Positions 18,161-28,205 of a DNA stretch of 62,535 nucleotides are shown piece after piece. The stretch comes from Patescibacteria group bacterium (GTDB lineage: Bacteria > Patescibacteriota > Microgenomatia > PFEM01 > JBHPGO01): contig JBHPGO010000002.1 of the NCBI GenBank assembly GCA_042570465.1, positions 1 through 62,535 on the forward strand. Direction: 5' to 3'. The first letter of the stretch is position 1. Each line of letters starts with the position of its first letter. Position numbers and translations under genes: made by a program. Under the pieces are notes generated by a model. The model was not told where the DNA came from, ran no database searches, and worked only from the letters and a program-made list of their open reading frames with translations.

Positions 18161-18772
18161 TTAGTTGCACCTGTCAAAAGCAGGTAAGTGCTTCTGTTCT
18201 GAAGCGTTCATAAGATTGGTAAATACTGCAACAATGTCTTCGTATCCTTCTACTGCTGGTAGTAATTCATCTTTATATAAAGCCGCGTTAGCAATCTCTG
18301 CATCTACACCAATTTGACAAGCCTCTTGTAGTGTGGCTGGTGCTGATACCTTACTTGGCCAGGTATTTGATGGCACTTCCAATCCATACTTGTCATAAAT
18401 AGCTTTAAGTGAAGCAATGTGCTGTTCTTCAGCACCTTTAATCATTGAGAAAGGCCTAACACTTCCAAACTTTGCAATTACTGACTCATAAGTAGAAAGG
18501 GCTTTATATTCATCATTAATAGCTTCGTCTAAAGCACTTTGCACTTCAGGAGATAGTTCTCCTACCGGATATTCCAAGTCATCAACCAATAAACAATCAT
18601 CTGCTAAACAATTACCCCTGTCTGGTTGTCCATTTTGACCTTGTCCAACCCCGTTACCATAACTCAACTCACTTGTTTGAGTATTAGCCTGTTTTGATTG
18701 GGTAATAGCATATCCTCCCAACACTCCAACAAATAAAGCTATGCCTACATACATTAAAATTTTATTATTCAT
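18161..18772 (-). CDS. DUF2202 (ferritin-like) domain protein, secreted or anchored
   Basis: LSPEVQSALDEAINDEYKALSTYESVIAKFG ... GAEEQHIASLKAIYDKYG ... DAEIANAALY matches the DUF2202 repeat pattern. Strong SD: GGAGGTGAAAGAATATG. Confidence 0.7.
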   Translation of the reverse strand: MNNKILMYVGIALFVGVLGGYAITQSKQANTQTSELSYGNGVGQGQNGQPDRGNCLADDCLLVDDLEYPVGELSPEVQSALDEAINDEYKALSTYESVIAKFGSVRPFSMIKGAEEQHIASLKAIYDKYGLEVPSNTWPSKVSAPATLQEACQIGVDAEIANAALYKDELLPAVEGYEDIVAVFTNLMNASEQKHLPAFDRCN

Positions 18773-18882
18773 ATTCTTTCACCTCCCAACTAAACTTAGT
18801 ATAAGTTATCACATTTGAATATTCTATCTACGCATAAACTCCCACATCTATAGCTATGGGAGCCTGCGCTTTATGAATCGTT

Positions 18883-19278
18883 TTAACGATTCCATCCTCG
18901 ACCCGCACCTTGTCCTTTATTACCCTGGCCTGAACCGTCACCATTACGATTACCTAAACCAAGTCTAAGCTCTTGTCTAATTTGCTTGGCTCCATCTAAA
19001 TTACCTTCTTCGGCTAATTCGTGAGCTTCAGCAAACCTTGCAAAATTCTCTGCTGTAACAACTTGGGTAACTCGACCCTTACCTGACATTAACTCTTTCC
19101 AAGCATTATAATCGTTATTTTCAAATGCTTGTTCCATCGCTTCATGTCTTTCAGCTGTACAGTTTGGACCTTGAACACTTGGGTCTCCTTGATAAGCTTC
19201 AGCTACGCTAGAACCCATCATTATGAATCCTCCTAGCACTAATGCTGTCGCTCCAAGTACTATTGATTTCTTATTCAT
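18883..19278 (-). CDS. secreted hypothetical protein with Gly/Asn-rich tail
   Basis: Signal peptide MNKKSIVLGATALVLGGFIMMGSSVAEA. Upstream SD region is identical to that of 18161..18772. Confidence 0.55.
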   Translation of the reverse strand: MNKKSIVLGATALVLGGFIMMGSSVAEAYQGDPSVQGPNCTAERHEAMEQAFENNDYNAWKELMSGKGRVTQVVTAENFARFAEAHELAEEGNLDGAKQIRQELRLGLGNRNGDGSGQGNKGQGAGRGWNR

Positions 19279-19446
19279 ATTCTTTCACCTCCTTTCACAA
19301 ACATTTACTGTTAATAATGAAGATAATAACCAACAAACTTGAAAAATTGCTGAGAACTATCTACACCAGTAATACAAAAGAAGAGATGAGTTTATTTCAA
19401 TCAAATTTAATGGATACCTCTACTTATGTTTTTATAATCATTAAGA

Positions 19447-19476
19447 CTTGACAACCTCTACATGCAATTTGTATAA
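19447..19476 (+). promoter_or_regulatory. sigma70-type promoter upstream of the DUF5320 gene
   Basis: TTGACA (19447-19452), 18-nt spacer, TATAAT (19471-19476). SD AAGGAGGTGA lies 7 nt before the ATG at 19531. Confidence 0.6.
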
Positions 19477-19530
19477 TGGGTATATATTCATTACTATTAT
19501 CATTTACATCTTGTAAGGAGGTGAAGAAAC

Positions 19531-19785
19531 ATGCCCGGATTTGATAAAACAGGTCCCCAAGGAATGGGTCCGAAAACAGGTAGAGGCTTTGGTCCTTGTG
19601 GCCTAGGATTAGGCCGGAAGCGAAGATTTGGAGCTGGTCGTGGAATGGGAAGGTATTTTGGATGTCGGAATTGGCCCCAAACCAAACAAGACCAATCAAA
19701 AGCTCTCGTTGACTATAGAAAAGCTCTGGAGGAAGAGCTAGAAGATGTCAAGAAAGAGGAAAAAGAACTAAACGAGGCAAAATAA
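19531..19785 (+). CDS. DUF5320 domain protein
   Basis: MPGFDKTGPQGMGPKTGRGFGPCG hallmark N-terminus and a coiled-coil tail. Confidence 0.75.
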   Translation: MPGFDKTGPQGMGPKTGRGFGPCGLGLGRKRRFGAGRGMGRYFGCRNWPQTKQDQSKALVDYRKALEEELEDVKKEEKELNEAK

Positions 19786-19868
19786 AGACGACCCCCGCCT
19801 CGCATCAAAAGATGGTGCGGGGCTAGGGGCCAGCCATCTTTATTGTAACAATTTATAAGGAAATTATC

Positions 19869-20144
19869 GTGCCGAGACCTAAAAAACCCCGCTGTTTGCG
19901 GTTCAGACCAAATGTATATTACTTTAAGCCTCAAGGCATCCCTCTAAGGATGCTAGAAGAGGTTGTTTTAGAGCATGACGAACTAGAGGCTCTAAAACTT
20001 CACGATGTTGATGGTTTAGAACAGATAGAAGCAGCTAAAAAAATGAAAATATCTCAATCGACTTTCGCCAGGGTGTTAGACAAAGCATATAAAAAATTGG
20101 CTGAAGGCATAATTAACGGTAAGGCCATTAAAATTGAAAAATAA
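19869..20144 (+). CDS. DUF134 (UPF0251) putative DNA-binding protein
   Basis: MPRPKKPRCLRFRPNVYYFKPQGIP hallmark and an HTH-like LEQIEAAKKMKISQSTFARVL. GTG start. Confidence 0.8.
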   Translation: MPRPKKPRCLRFRPNVYYFKPQGIPLRMLEEVVLEHDELEALKLHDVDGLEQIEAAKKMKISQSTFARVLDKAYKKLAEGIINGKAIKIEK

Positions 20145-20148
20145 ACAT

Positions 20149-20838
20149 ATGAAAAACAAAAAACTATTACTCTCAAGAGTACTTACAGCTCTTTTTTTCT
20201 CACTTTGTTTTCTAACGATTTCTACTCCTATAATCGCCAAAGATTTTCCAGTAATATATTTATTTTACGGAACAGGGTGTCCGCATTGCGCGCAGGTAGA
20301 AAAGTATTTTGAGGACCAAGATTTGCTGAATAAATACTCCGTAGAAAAGAAAGAGATATATTTTAATCGAGACAATGCAATTCTTTTTAATAAGCTTTTA
20401 AGTGAACGAGGCATCCCAACTGAAGCACAAGGAGTTCCTGCTGTAGTTATTGGCAATAAAGCTATCGTAGGGGACAAACCGATTATCGAAAACTTTATTC
20501 CTGAAGCTGAGATATTTTTACAACAAACCGAAGAGCAATTTAATCTTAATAGTGAATCTCAAAAAGAAGCTCAAGACCAAAGATTGGATTTAACCATAGC
20601 CGTAGTCATTGGAGCCAGCATTGTGGATGCAATAAACCCTTGTGCTTTTGCAGTCTTAATAATCCTGATGACAACAATATTGGCAACGGGTAACGGAAAG
20701 AAAGCATTGAAAGCTGGTGTAGCCTTTGCCTCCTCTATTTTTGTCTCATACTTCCTCATGGGATTGGGACTATACAAAGCTTTGGGGATAGGTGAAGTCT
20801 CAGGATTATCCTGTCAACCCCCGAGGTTGCCTAGGTAG
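20149..20838 (+). CDS. thioredoxin-fold / CcdA (DsbD-family) fusion, truncated after TM2
   Basis: Signal sequence, CPHC redox motif, then CcdA TM1 with DAINPCAF and TM2. The frame then runs into hairpin repeat b (GLSCQPPRLPR) and stops in its loop. TM3-6 and the second conserved Cys are absent. Confidence 0.7.
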   Translation: MKNKKLLLSRVLTALFFSLCFLTISTPIIAKDFPVIYLFYGTGCPHCAQVEKYFEDQDLLNKYSVEKKEIYFNRDNAILFNKLLSERGIPTEAQGVPAVVIGNKAIVGDKPIIENFIPEAEIFLQQTEEQFNLNSESQKEAQDQRLDLTIAVVIGASIVDAINPCAFAVLIILMTTILATGNGKKALKAGVAFASSIFVSYFLMGLGLYKALGIGEVSGLSCQPPRLPR

Positions 20839-20851
20839 GCAACCTCGGGGG
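20818..20851. repeat. GC-rich hairpin repeat, copy b
   Basis: cccccgaggttgcc-taggta-ggcaacctcggggg, a 14-bp stem, lying between two convergent stop codons (20836-20838 and 20857-20859). Confidence 0.9.
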
Positions 20852-20856
20852 TTAAA

Positions 20857-23073
20857 TCAATTTCGAGCAAATTTACTCAATTTCATTGACAGAGAGTTGG
20901 TCACCACGCTCACCGAAGAAAAAGCCATCGCGGCGGCGGCGACCACCGGGCTGAGCAACCAACCGGTAAACGGATAAAGTATTCCAGCGGCGATCGGAAT
21001 TCCCAAGCTATTGTAGAAAAATGCCCAAAATAAATTTTGCCTGATTTTTTTCATCGTAAACCGGCTGAGATCAATGGCTTGCACTACCCCCAAAGGATCA
21101 TTTTTCATCAAAATCACTTCTCCGGCTTCAATGGCAATGTCTGTTCCCGAACTCATCACAATTCCCAATTCGGCCTGAGCGAGCGCTGGCGCGTCATTAA
21201 TCCCGTCACCAACCATCGCCACTTGATGACCTTTTTGCTGAAGCTTTTTCACCTCAGCTGACTTCTCCTGAGGCAAAACCTCAGATAATACTTGATCAAC
21301 CCCTAACTTTTGAGCAATCGAGCGACCGACTCTTTGATTGTCACCCGTGATAATCGCCACTTGCTTGCCCAATTGATGGAGCTTATTAACCGCTTCTTGA
21401 GAACTTTTTTTAAGAGTGTCGGCCACCACCAAGAAACCTAAAACTTTTTTTCTAAAAGATAAATACATGACTGTTTTTCCTTGCCTTTCAAACTTTGCCG
21501 CTGAGGGCTTCAGTGACCCAATTGAAATTTTATTCTCCTCCATTAACCGCTGGTTGCCCAACATCACCTCACTCTTTGATAAACGCGCCCTTACCCCAAG
21601 GCCAACAAGAGCTTGAAAATCTTTAACCGGCAGTAAGCTGATTTTTTTCTTTTGAGCGTATGAAACAACAGATTGAGCCAGGGGGTGTTCGGAATTCTTT
21701 TCCACTGAGGCCGCCAATTTGATTAGTTTTTTTTCAGAACAATCATTTTTTAAAACCATAACCTCAGTTACTTCAGGTTTTCCTTTAGTCAGAGTGCCGG
21801 TTTTATCAAAAACAACCGTGTCGATCTTGCCGGCCTGCTCTAAGGCCCGACTGCTTTTGATCAAAATTCCGTTTTGAGCCGCCAGGCCGGTTCCCATCAT
21901 CACCGCTGTCGGAGTTGCCAACCCTAAGGAACAGGGACAAGCAATAATCAAAACTGAAACAAAAGCTGTTAGGGCAAGAACAAGACCCTGACCAAACAGT
22001 AGCCAAACCAAGAAAGTCAAAACCGCTATTCCCATCACAGCCGGGACGAAATAAAAGGAAATTTTATCGGCCAAAAGTTGAATTGGTGCCTTGCTCCCCA
22101 CCGCTTCTTCAACAATCTTAATAATCTGAGCCAAAATTGTTTCACTCTCCACTTTTTCTGCCATCACTCTAATCACCCCGGTTTGGTTAAGAGTCGCCCC
22201 AAAAACCGAATCGCCAACCTTTTTTTCTACCGGCAAGCTCTCACCGGTAATTGCCTTCTCATCGACCGCCGAATAACCCTCAACTACTTTTCCGTCAATC
22301 GGAATGCTCTCTCCGGGCTTGACCAATAAAATGTCCCCTTTCTTAACCTGGCTAACCAAGACTTTAGTCTCACGACCGCCTTTAATTATGGTTGCCTGCT
22401 TTGGCTGGAGATCGATCAGTTTTTCAATCGCCTGAGTAGTTTTACCTTTTGTCAAGCTTTCTAAATATTTACCCAAAGAAATAAAGACTAAAATAAAAGC
22501 CGCCCCCTCAAAGTAAAGATGAGTATCCCTAACAGATGAAGGGGAAAACCAAACCAACGCTGTCACGACCAGACTATAAAAATAGGCCGCCAAAGTTCCG
22601 GTTTCAACTAAAGAATCCATATTGGGATTACGCTGAATTAATTTCTTTAAACCAGAAACATAAACATGGGCGTTGAGCAGCATGATGAAAGTTGTAATTA
22701 TCAGCTGAACTAAAGCATTAATCCTCAAAGGAATAGCCGGGATTGGTAAACCCAACATCTTGCCCATACTTAGATAGAGCAAGGGTAAACCCAAGATTAA
22801 TGACTGCCAAAAAGTTTTTTTTAATTTCTTAAGATATGCCTTGGGGTTCGCTTGACTACCCTCAACCAAAAGAAAACCAGATTCCTTAACAAAAGATCGG
22901 ATTTCCTCCAGGACAATCTTTTTCGAATCATATTCTAAATAAAGCTTTTCCGAAGCAAAATTAACTTTGGCTGAAATGATTCCTTCTTTATCAGTCAAAA
23001 TTTTTTCGATATTTAGCGCACAACTAGCACAATGCATGCCCTGAATTTTTAAGATTATTTTTTTCTTTTTCAT
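20857..23073 (-). CDS. copA: copper-translocating P1B-type ATPase
   Basis: HMA domain GMHCASC, CPC motif [29 protein letters not shown] at 23073 ([18 protein letters not shown]) is preferred over the track start 23202, which overlaps the upstream gene. Confidence 0.95.
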   Translation of the reverse strand: MKKKKIILKIQGMHCASCALNIEKILTDKEGIISAKVNFASEKLYLEYDSKKIVLEEIRSFVKESGFLLVEGSQANPKAYLKKLKKTFWQSLILGLPLLYLSMGKMLGLPIPAIPLRINALVQLIITTFIMLLNAHVYVSGLKKLIQRNPNMDSLVETGTLAAYFYSLVVTALVWFSPSSVRDTHLYFEGAAFILVFISLGKYLESLTKGKTTQAIEKLIDLQPKQATIIKGGRETKVLVSQVKKGDILLVKPGESIPIDGKVVEGYSAVDEKAITGESLPVEKKVGDSVFGATLNQTGVIRVMAEKVESETILAQIIKIVEEAVGSKAPIQLLADKISFYFVPAVMGIAVLTFLVWLLFGQGLVLALTAFVSVLIIACPCSLGLATPTAVMMGTGLAAQNGILIKSSRALEQAGKIDTVVFDKTGTLTKGKPEVTEVMVLKNDCSEKKLIKLAASVEKNSEHPLAQSVVSYAQKKKISLLPVKDFQALVGLGVRARLSKSEVMLGNQRLMEENKISIGSLKPSAAKFERQGKTVMYLSFRKKVLGFLVVADTLKKSSQEAVNKLHQLGKQVAIITGDNQRVGRSIAQKLGVDQVLSEVLPQEKSAEVKKLQQKGHQVAMVGDGINDAPALAQAELGIVMSSGTDIAIEAGEVILMKNDPLGVVQAIDLSRFTMKKIRQNLFWAFFYNSLGIPIAAGILYPFTGWLLSPVVAAAAMAFSSVSVVTNSLSMKLSKFARN

Positions 23074-23101
23074 TTTTTTGAAGCTAAAACTATCACTCCC
23101 A

Positions 23102-24592
23102 CTAACTTCCACTACAACCACAACCTTGGACCCCAGATGGAATCTCCTTTTCTTGACCTTTAATAACTGGACCAGATGATCCGCTTGAATCAACCACTTC
23201 AATTATTCCATTAACCATTCCCATCCAACAGCTAAATTTGTAACGGCCAGGTTTTTCTGGAGTAAACTCTTTGATTGTCAGCCCTTGACTCAAATCAACC
23301 TGACCCTCGAACAAACTCCGAGAGACAATCGCATTCGTACAACCGCTAACTCCCTGATTGCTGATTTCCCAACGAACCGGAATCCCGACCTGAACCTTGA
23401 AATAGCTTGGTTCGTACCCATAAGCAAAGGCGTCCATTTTAATAACTTGAAAACCGTTTGGTTCCGTCGCGACTGCTTCAGCTGAATAGCTCGAAAAAAT
23501 CACCCAGTCATTAAGGCTTGGTAAGCCTAAGACATTCAGTTGAGAGTTAAAATTGTAAAAACCAAAAAGAATGACTGCGACGCCGGCGACTTTGAAAAAT
23601 ACTTTCCCCAACTGAGGCTTGAAAACTATTTTTTGGCTGGAAAGTCCAATAGCCAAAAGAATTGGCAAAGTCCCAAGGGCAAAAGATAACATCATCATCG
23701 CTCCTTGAATCATGCTTCCCGAAGCTAAAGCCAAACCTTGAACCGTTAAAGTAAAACCGCAGGGCAAGAAAAAGGTTAAAACTCCTAAAATCCCCGGCAT
23801 TAGCCGACCTTTAAAATTACTTTCATTAACAATCCAACGGGAAAAAAATTTCGGCGAACTAAGCTGAAACCTTGAAAACATTTTTACCCCCAACATCTGA
23901 AGACCAAAAGAAACCATTATCACTGAAACAAGAATTGTTAATATTGAGGCCGCTGTTAAAGAAAGCTGCATCACTTCTCCTAAGGCTCCTAAAAGACCAC
24001 CTAAAACAAAAAAAGAAGCGAGCCGACCGAAATTAAACATCAGGTGAGGCTGAAATATTTTCCAAGAAGAATCTTGATTTTGGTAAACTTCAGCCCAGCG
24101 TTTACTCATCGACAAAACTAACCCCCCAACTAAAGCAGCACAACTGGAAACTCCGGCGACTAAACCAAAAATTAAAAAAGCCAATAGCGGTGAAGAAGCA
24201 TTAACAACCACCCTTGAAGCCAACTGAGAACGAGTTAACCACCAAAAAGAAACCAGTAGGACTGAAATGATCAATAACCCCTGGACGATCGGGAAAAGTT
24301 TCTCTCGATTCAGCAACAATTGCCCATTTTTTACCGTCAGGATTGAAGTTTTCTCCTTTTTTGAAACTGGCTGATCTAATAAACGATAGCCTTGGTTGAA
24401 ACAAAATTTTTCAAATTTCTTCATCAGTGGCTTTTGGCCTTGATAAAATATATTAACCTGACCGTTGGCCGCTGATGCTTCGACCACTTTAATCCCCTTT
24501 TCTTTTAAAAGCTCTCTTTCAACAATTAATTCACAAGAAGCACAATGCATTCCATCAATATGGAGAGTCATTTGTTTGTTTTTACTTGACAT
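23102..24592 (-). CDS. HMA domain / TauE-SafE-like membrane domain / cupredoxin-like domain fusion protein
   Basis: N-terminal GMHCASC, about 6 TM helices, C-terminal [17 protein letters not shown]...[11 protein letters not shown] (cupredoxin-like) and a CGCSGS tail. Confidence 0.7.
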   Translation of the reverse strand: MSSKNKQMTLHIDGMHCASCELIVERELLKEKGIKVVEASAANGQVNIFYQGQKPLMKKFEKFCFNQGYRLLDQPVSKKEKTSILTVKNGQLLLNREKLFPIVQGLLIISVLLVSFWWLTRSQLASRVVVNASSPLLAFLIFGLVAGVSSCAALVGGLVLSMSKRWAEVYQNQDSSWKIFQPHLMFNFGRLASFFVLGGLLGALGEVMQLSLTAASILTILVSVIMVSFGLQMLGVKMFSRFQLSSPKFFSRWIVNESNFKGRLMPGILGVLTFFLPCGFTLTVQGLALASGSMIQGAMMMLSFALGTLPILLAIGLSSQKIVFKPQLGKVFFKVAGVAVILFGFYNFNSQLNVLGLPSLNDWVIFSSYSAEAVATEPNGFQVIKMDAFAYGYEPSYFKVQVGIPVRWEISNQGVSGCTNAIVSRSLFEGQVDLSQGLTIKEFTPEKPGRYKFSCWMGMVNGIIEVVDSSGSSGPVIKGQEKEIPSGVQGCGCSGS

Positions 24593-24628
24593 TATTCTGC
24601 AAAATATTATTGAAACCAGTTATTTATT

Positions 24629-25192
24629 TTAAAAAAGATCGGCCGCTTTTTGAATATCATCTACTTTCACAATTACTTGCCCCGATTCAACCAAAGCATC
24701 AGAATCTATAGGCCGAGGATTGCACCCACCTCTTTGGAGGGCAATCTCGTCTTTTGAATAAGTTGTTCGACAGTTTTCGCATCTGATTAAATCGCCAACT
24801 TGATTAAAGCCTTCTTGTGAGTCAAAACAAACCTCACAAGCATTAGCTGCCACCCGATAAGTTCCGTCAGAGGCCTTGATTACAAAAAAATAAATGGTTT
24901 TGTCTTCCTGAGGTGAATAATAGTTAAAAGAGTGAAGATTTCCATCATTAACCTTGGCCTCGTCAAGATAAACCAATCCTTCTACCGCTTCAACCACCTC
25001 ACCCTTTTCCCCTAAAAATCCATTTTCTTTTTCAGAAAGAACCGCTGGTCGAACTAACGATGGATCACTTGCCAAAGCATTTTCTTTGACTGGCTCGGTT
25101 TTTCTTTGAAACAAACCAATAACCACTCCCGCCACGATTAAAATCAAAGGAACAAAGATAACCAATTTATTTAATTCAACTTTTATTTGCAT
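24629..25192 (-). CDS. DUF2318-like membrane-anchored Cys-cluster protein
   Basis: TM anchor, then ANACEVCFD...IRCENCRTTY...GGCNP cysteine pattern. Confidence 0.5.
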   Translation of the reverse strand: MQIKVELNKLVIFVPLILIVAGVVIGLFQRKTEPVKENALASDPSLVRPAVLSEKENGFLGEKGEVVEAVEGLVYLDEAKVNDGNLHSFNYYSPQEDKTIYFFVIKASDGTYRVAANACEVCFDSQEGFNQVGDLIRCENCRTTYSKDEIALQRGGCNPRPIDSDALVESGQVIVKVDDIQKAADLF

Positions 25193-25235
25193 TTTGAAAC
25201 CGATTATTTATATTTATGTTTTGGGAGACAATAAT

Positions 25236-25514
25236 TCAATTTTTTTCTTGGAATACTTCCAAAATTTCCTGAAAAACTCTTTTTTTCTCCTTCTCACTTT
25301 TACCCCTAACGGCTCGGGTTACACAAGAATCAAGGTGGTCGGCCAATATTTTCTCATTAACTTTTTTAATGGCGGCAATGACCGCTTGGTTTTGGCGGAT
25401 AACATCAACACAATACCGACCCCCCTCAATCATCTTTAAATTGGCTTTCAGATGACCAATCAAATAGTTCATTCGGCTGGTAAGGCTAGGATTGTGAGGT
25501 TTACTCTTGGGCAT
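25236..25514 (-). CDS. csoR: CsoR/RcnR family metal-sensing repressor
   Basis: LIGHLKANLKMIEGGRYCVDVIRQNQAVIAAIKKVNEKILADHLDSC carries the C-H-C ligand pattern. ATG at 25514; the track start 25526 is TTG. Confidence 0.85.
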   Translation of the reverse strand: MPKSKPHNPSLTSRMNYLIGHLKANLKMIEGGRYCVDVIRQNQAVIAAIKKVNEKILADHLDSCVTRAVRGKSEKEKKRVFQEILEVFQEKN

Positions 25515-25531
25515 GGTTAACACCAAAAAGT

Positions 25532-25559
25532 ATTATACCCCCCCTAGGGGGGTTGTCAA
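25532..25559 (-). promoter_or_regulatory. consensus promoter whose spacer is a CsoR-type G/C-tract palindrome
   Basis: Minus strand reads TTGACA (25554-25559), a 16-nt spacer acccccctaggggggg, then TATAAT (25532-25537). The palindrome cccccctagggggg spans 25539-25552. Confidence 0.75.
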
Positions 25560-25579
25560 GTAGAAGTTTTCTATGAACT

Positions 25580-25618
25580 CCCCGAGGTTGCAATATATGT
25601 CAACCTCGGGGGTTGACA
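25580..25618. repeat. GC-rich hairpin repeat, copy c
   Basis: ccccgaggttg-caatatatgt-caacctcgggg, followed by gttgaca. Confidence 0.85.
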
Positions 25619-25665
25619 ATTTCGTATTTAGTCGGGCAGGCCGGGGGGGGGAAGAAAGAAGAATC

Positions 25666-27720
25666 TTAAAACTCTAGCTGATTAACATCTTGCCAATCAG
25701 CCTCGTTAAGAACAACAATTTTGTCTTCACCAATCACATAAAGATAGTCGTTAATATAAATGGCCCGCTTGGCGCGAATATCAGCGATTGCTTTGGTTAA
25801 ACTAAGTTGGTTGTCCTGGTAGGAAAATATATAACCTCCCCTGCTTCCCGGTAAGAAAAAGATCTGGTGCTGGCTGTCAAGCAAAAAAGCGTGATGAGTA
25901 TTGAGAATATCTGACCAGTACTCATCCATCAAATATTTGCTTACTTCAAGCGGATTGGTCGGCGAAGAAACATCAAATAAAGATATTTTGACCTTTGATC
26001 CTTCCTTCCCGATCCCAAGAATTTTATTTTTATCAATCGGGTGTAAATAAGAAGAGTAACCGGGAATTTTAAGCTCTCCGGTAACTTGAGGGTCCCTGGG
26101 ATTTGAAAGATCTAAAACATAAAAAGGATCAATCTGTCGAAAAGTGACCAGGTAGCCCTTATCAGCAATGAATCGCGCCGAATAGATCTTCTCCCCTAAC
26201 CCCAAATCTAAAACCGAACCAACTTGATCTAAATATTGATCTAAAACATAAACATCATTGGCGCTTTCCCCACCGGCCCTACCCCAACTATTCACCGTCG
26301 TCGCGACTCGCAAATAATTTTGGTACTCGTCGAGAGCAAATTGGTTCAGCGGTCTTCCGGGAAAATTGCCGCTGGCGGTAATGGTGAAATCGTCTAAACC
26401 AATTTTTACCAAGTCTGTCTTTTCCAAATCACGAATACGCTTTTGGAAAAAAGATTGAAGTTGGTTTTGGAATTCATTATTAACCCTCAATCGTTCATCT
26501 TTAGAAAGGGAACGAGAATATTTTTCATAAAGAGAGTCAAACTCCATCATCTTTGTCGCTGAACTCAAATCATAGCTTCGCAACAATCTTATCTTTTCCC
26601 GAAAAGACTCGGGCAGTAGACTTTGACTTTCTTCTTCAATGAATTGCGCCATTAATTCAAAATGGTCCGCTTGGTAAGTATAGGTAAGATAAAGAGAACT
26701 TTCTGACATATAAATCATCGAGTTACTGGTTGAGCCAATCAAGGAAATGTTTTTTTCAATTTCACCGCTTTGAGGATCCAATACAAAAGCATGATAATTA
26801 ACATCAACCGGGACAATAGTTCGGGGATGATAAATGTCTGTACAACTTATTGCCAAACTCCTCTGGTTGAAAATCAAAGGCTCAATCGGGCAGGGGATAT
26901 CATAATTTACCGGACCAGCGGTCACAAAATAAACCTTCCCCTGATAAAGCCGGGCGTTAACCAGGTAATGATTGTCCTGAAAGTCGATTTGCCATTTTTT
27001 GATTGGCGACTCAGGGCGAGAAACATTGTAACCTGAAATACGCTCATTATTTTCGAAGATGGCTAATATCTCGTTGGTCAAAAGCAAGTCACCGGTTTGA
27101 GAAATTTCCGCTTCTTTTTTTAATTGTGCCGGTGGAAAAGCCCTAATTACCTTGGTCCCATTGGCTATCTTCGGCGGAGGAATGATGCTTTCTTCCATAA
27201 AAACAACATTTCTTGGCTGGCGAATTAAATAAGGTGACTGAGGCGAAAAATAGATTTCCTGACCATCAGTTTTGACAATATCCGGCTCATCAATCCCCTT
27301 TACTTGAACATTAGTCTCAGAAACTCTTTCCAAGGCAGCCCCACCAAGACCCGGAGCCATGGCTTCCATTCTCATATCTTCAGCTGCAAATGATCTGTCC
27401 CCAATGGCTTCAATCGGAAAACCCCTACCCATCATCTTGGCTAACTCTTCGGGAGACTCATCTAAATAGGCCTTATAATCAGCTTCTGAGGTGAATTTTT
27501 CAAAGATTGCTTCTTGGGAAGAGAGAGGGACCAAAGGATCACCAGACGAAGATGGTGTCGGAAACCGGAAGGGAGCTGATATTTTTACCAACTTCGAAGA
27601 ATAATAAACTCCCACCAAAATTAAGAAAAACAGCAAAAAGACCATCCCAATAATTGGTTTTTGATGATCTTTCTTTTTCTGATTTAAAAATTCAATCTCC
27701 TGATTTTTTTTGGTCACCAA
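25666..27720 (-). CDS. secreted beta-propeller domain protein
   Basis: 684 aa. TM/signal anchor, then ETNVQVKGIDEPDIVKTDGQEIYF and repeated beta-blade-like segments, as in the Beta_propel family. TTG/GTG start. Confidence 0.6.
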   Translation of the reverse strand: MVTKKNQEIEFLNQKKKDHQKPIIGMVFLLFFLILVGVYYSSKLVKISAPFRFPTPSSSGDPLVPLSSQEAIFEKFTSEADYKAYLDESPEELAKMMGRGFPIEAIGDRSFAAEDMRMEAMAPGLGGAALERVSETNVQVKGIDEPDIVKTDGQEIYFSPQSPYLIRQPRNVVFMEESIIPPPKIANGTKVIRAFPPAQLKKEAEISQTGDLLLTNEILAIFENNERISGYNVSRPESPIKKWQIDFQDNHYLVNARLYQGKVYFVTAGPVNYDIPCPIEPLIFNQRSLAISCTDIYHPRTIVPVDVNYHAFVLDPQSGEIEKNISLIGSTSNSMIYMSESSLYLTYTYQADHFELMAQFIEEESQSLLPESFREKIRLLRSYDLSSATKMMEFDSLYEKYSRSLSKDERLRVNNEFQNQLQSFFQKRIRDLEKTDLVKIGLDDFTITASGNFPGRPLNQFALDEYQNYLRVATTVNSWGRAGGESANDVYVLDQYLDQVGSVLDLGLGEKIYSARFIADKGYLVTFRQIDPFYVLDLSNPRDPQVTGELKIPGYSSYLHPIDKNKILGIGKEGSKVKISLFDVSSPTNPLEVSKYLMDEYWSDILNTHHAFLLDSQHQIFFLPGSRGGYIFSYQDNQLSLTKAIADIRAKRAIYINDYLYVIGEDKIVVLNEADWQDVNQLEF

Positions 27721-27782
27721 TTAAATATATGACTTTCCTCACCAAAAGTCCAGGATTGGCGAATAGAATCTAATGATTTTCT

Positions 27783-28187
27783 CTAGTCCATTAAATGATA
27801 GGACTGCCTCAACCATTCAATAAATTCATCATCAAACTCTTCTAAAGAGTAAATATCAAAGCAGTTTTTAAATGTTTTTTTAGACAAAGGGACAACCTGC
27901 TTCAGTCTTGGACTTTTGATTATTCTGTCTAAAGCAAACCTGACCTCTAATCTGTCTTTTTTTGGCAATGCGGCCAAAAAGTCATTTTTACCAAACAAAT
28001 GAACACAGCAGGGAAGAGAAATTATTTGGCACTCACCAATCTGACTGGTAATTTGTTTAACCAGAAAATCAAAAAGGTCTTTTGCTTTTTCTTTGTTCTT
28101 GAAGTGTTGCTCCAAAGGAATTTTTCGACAACTATGAGGTTGTTTGGTTTTTTTGAAAATTCTCCCACATTTTGAGCAAGTCCACAT
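27783..28187 (-). CDS. conserved hypothetical protein with N-terminal zinc-ribbon-like motif
   Basis: MWTCSKCGRIFKKTKQPHSC start; 134 aa. Possibly DUF5655-like, from memory only. Confidence 0.4.
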   Translation of the reverse strand: MWTCSKCGRIFKKTKQPHSCRKIPLEQHFKNKEKAKDLFDFLVKQITSQIGECQIISLPCCVHLFGKNDFLAALPKKDRLEVRFALDRIIKSPRLKQVVPLSKKTFKNCFDIYSLEEFDDEFIEWLRQSYHLMD

Positions 28188-28205
28188 ACAAGATTAATTG
28201 TATCA

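Noticed and set aside
23074-23202. N-terminal extension of copA in the track (start 23202).
   Set aside because: The extension overlaps the 3' end of the upstream gene by about 100 nt and has no homology. [18 protein letters not shown] at 23073 starts directly at the HMA domain.
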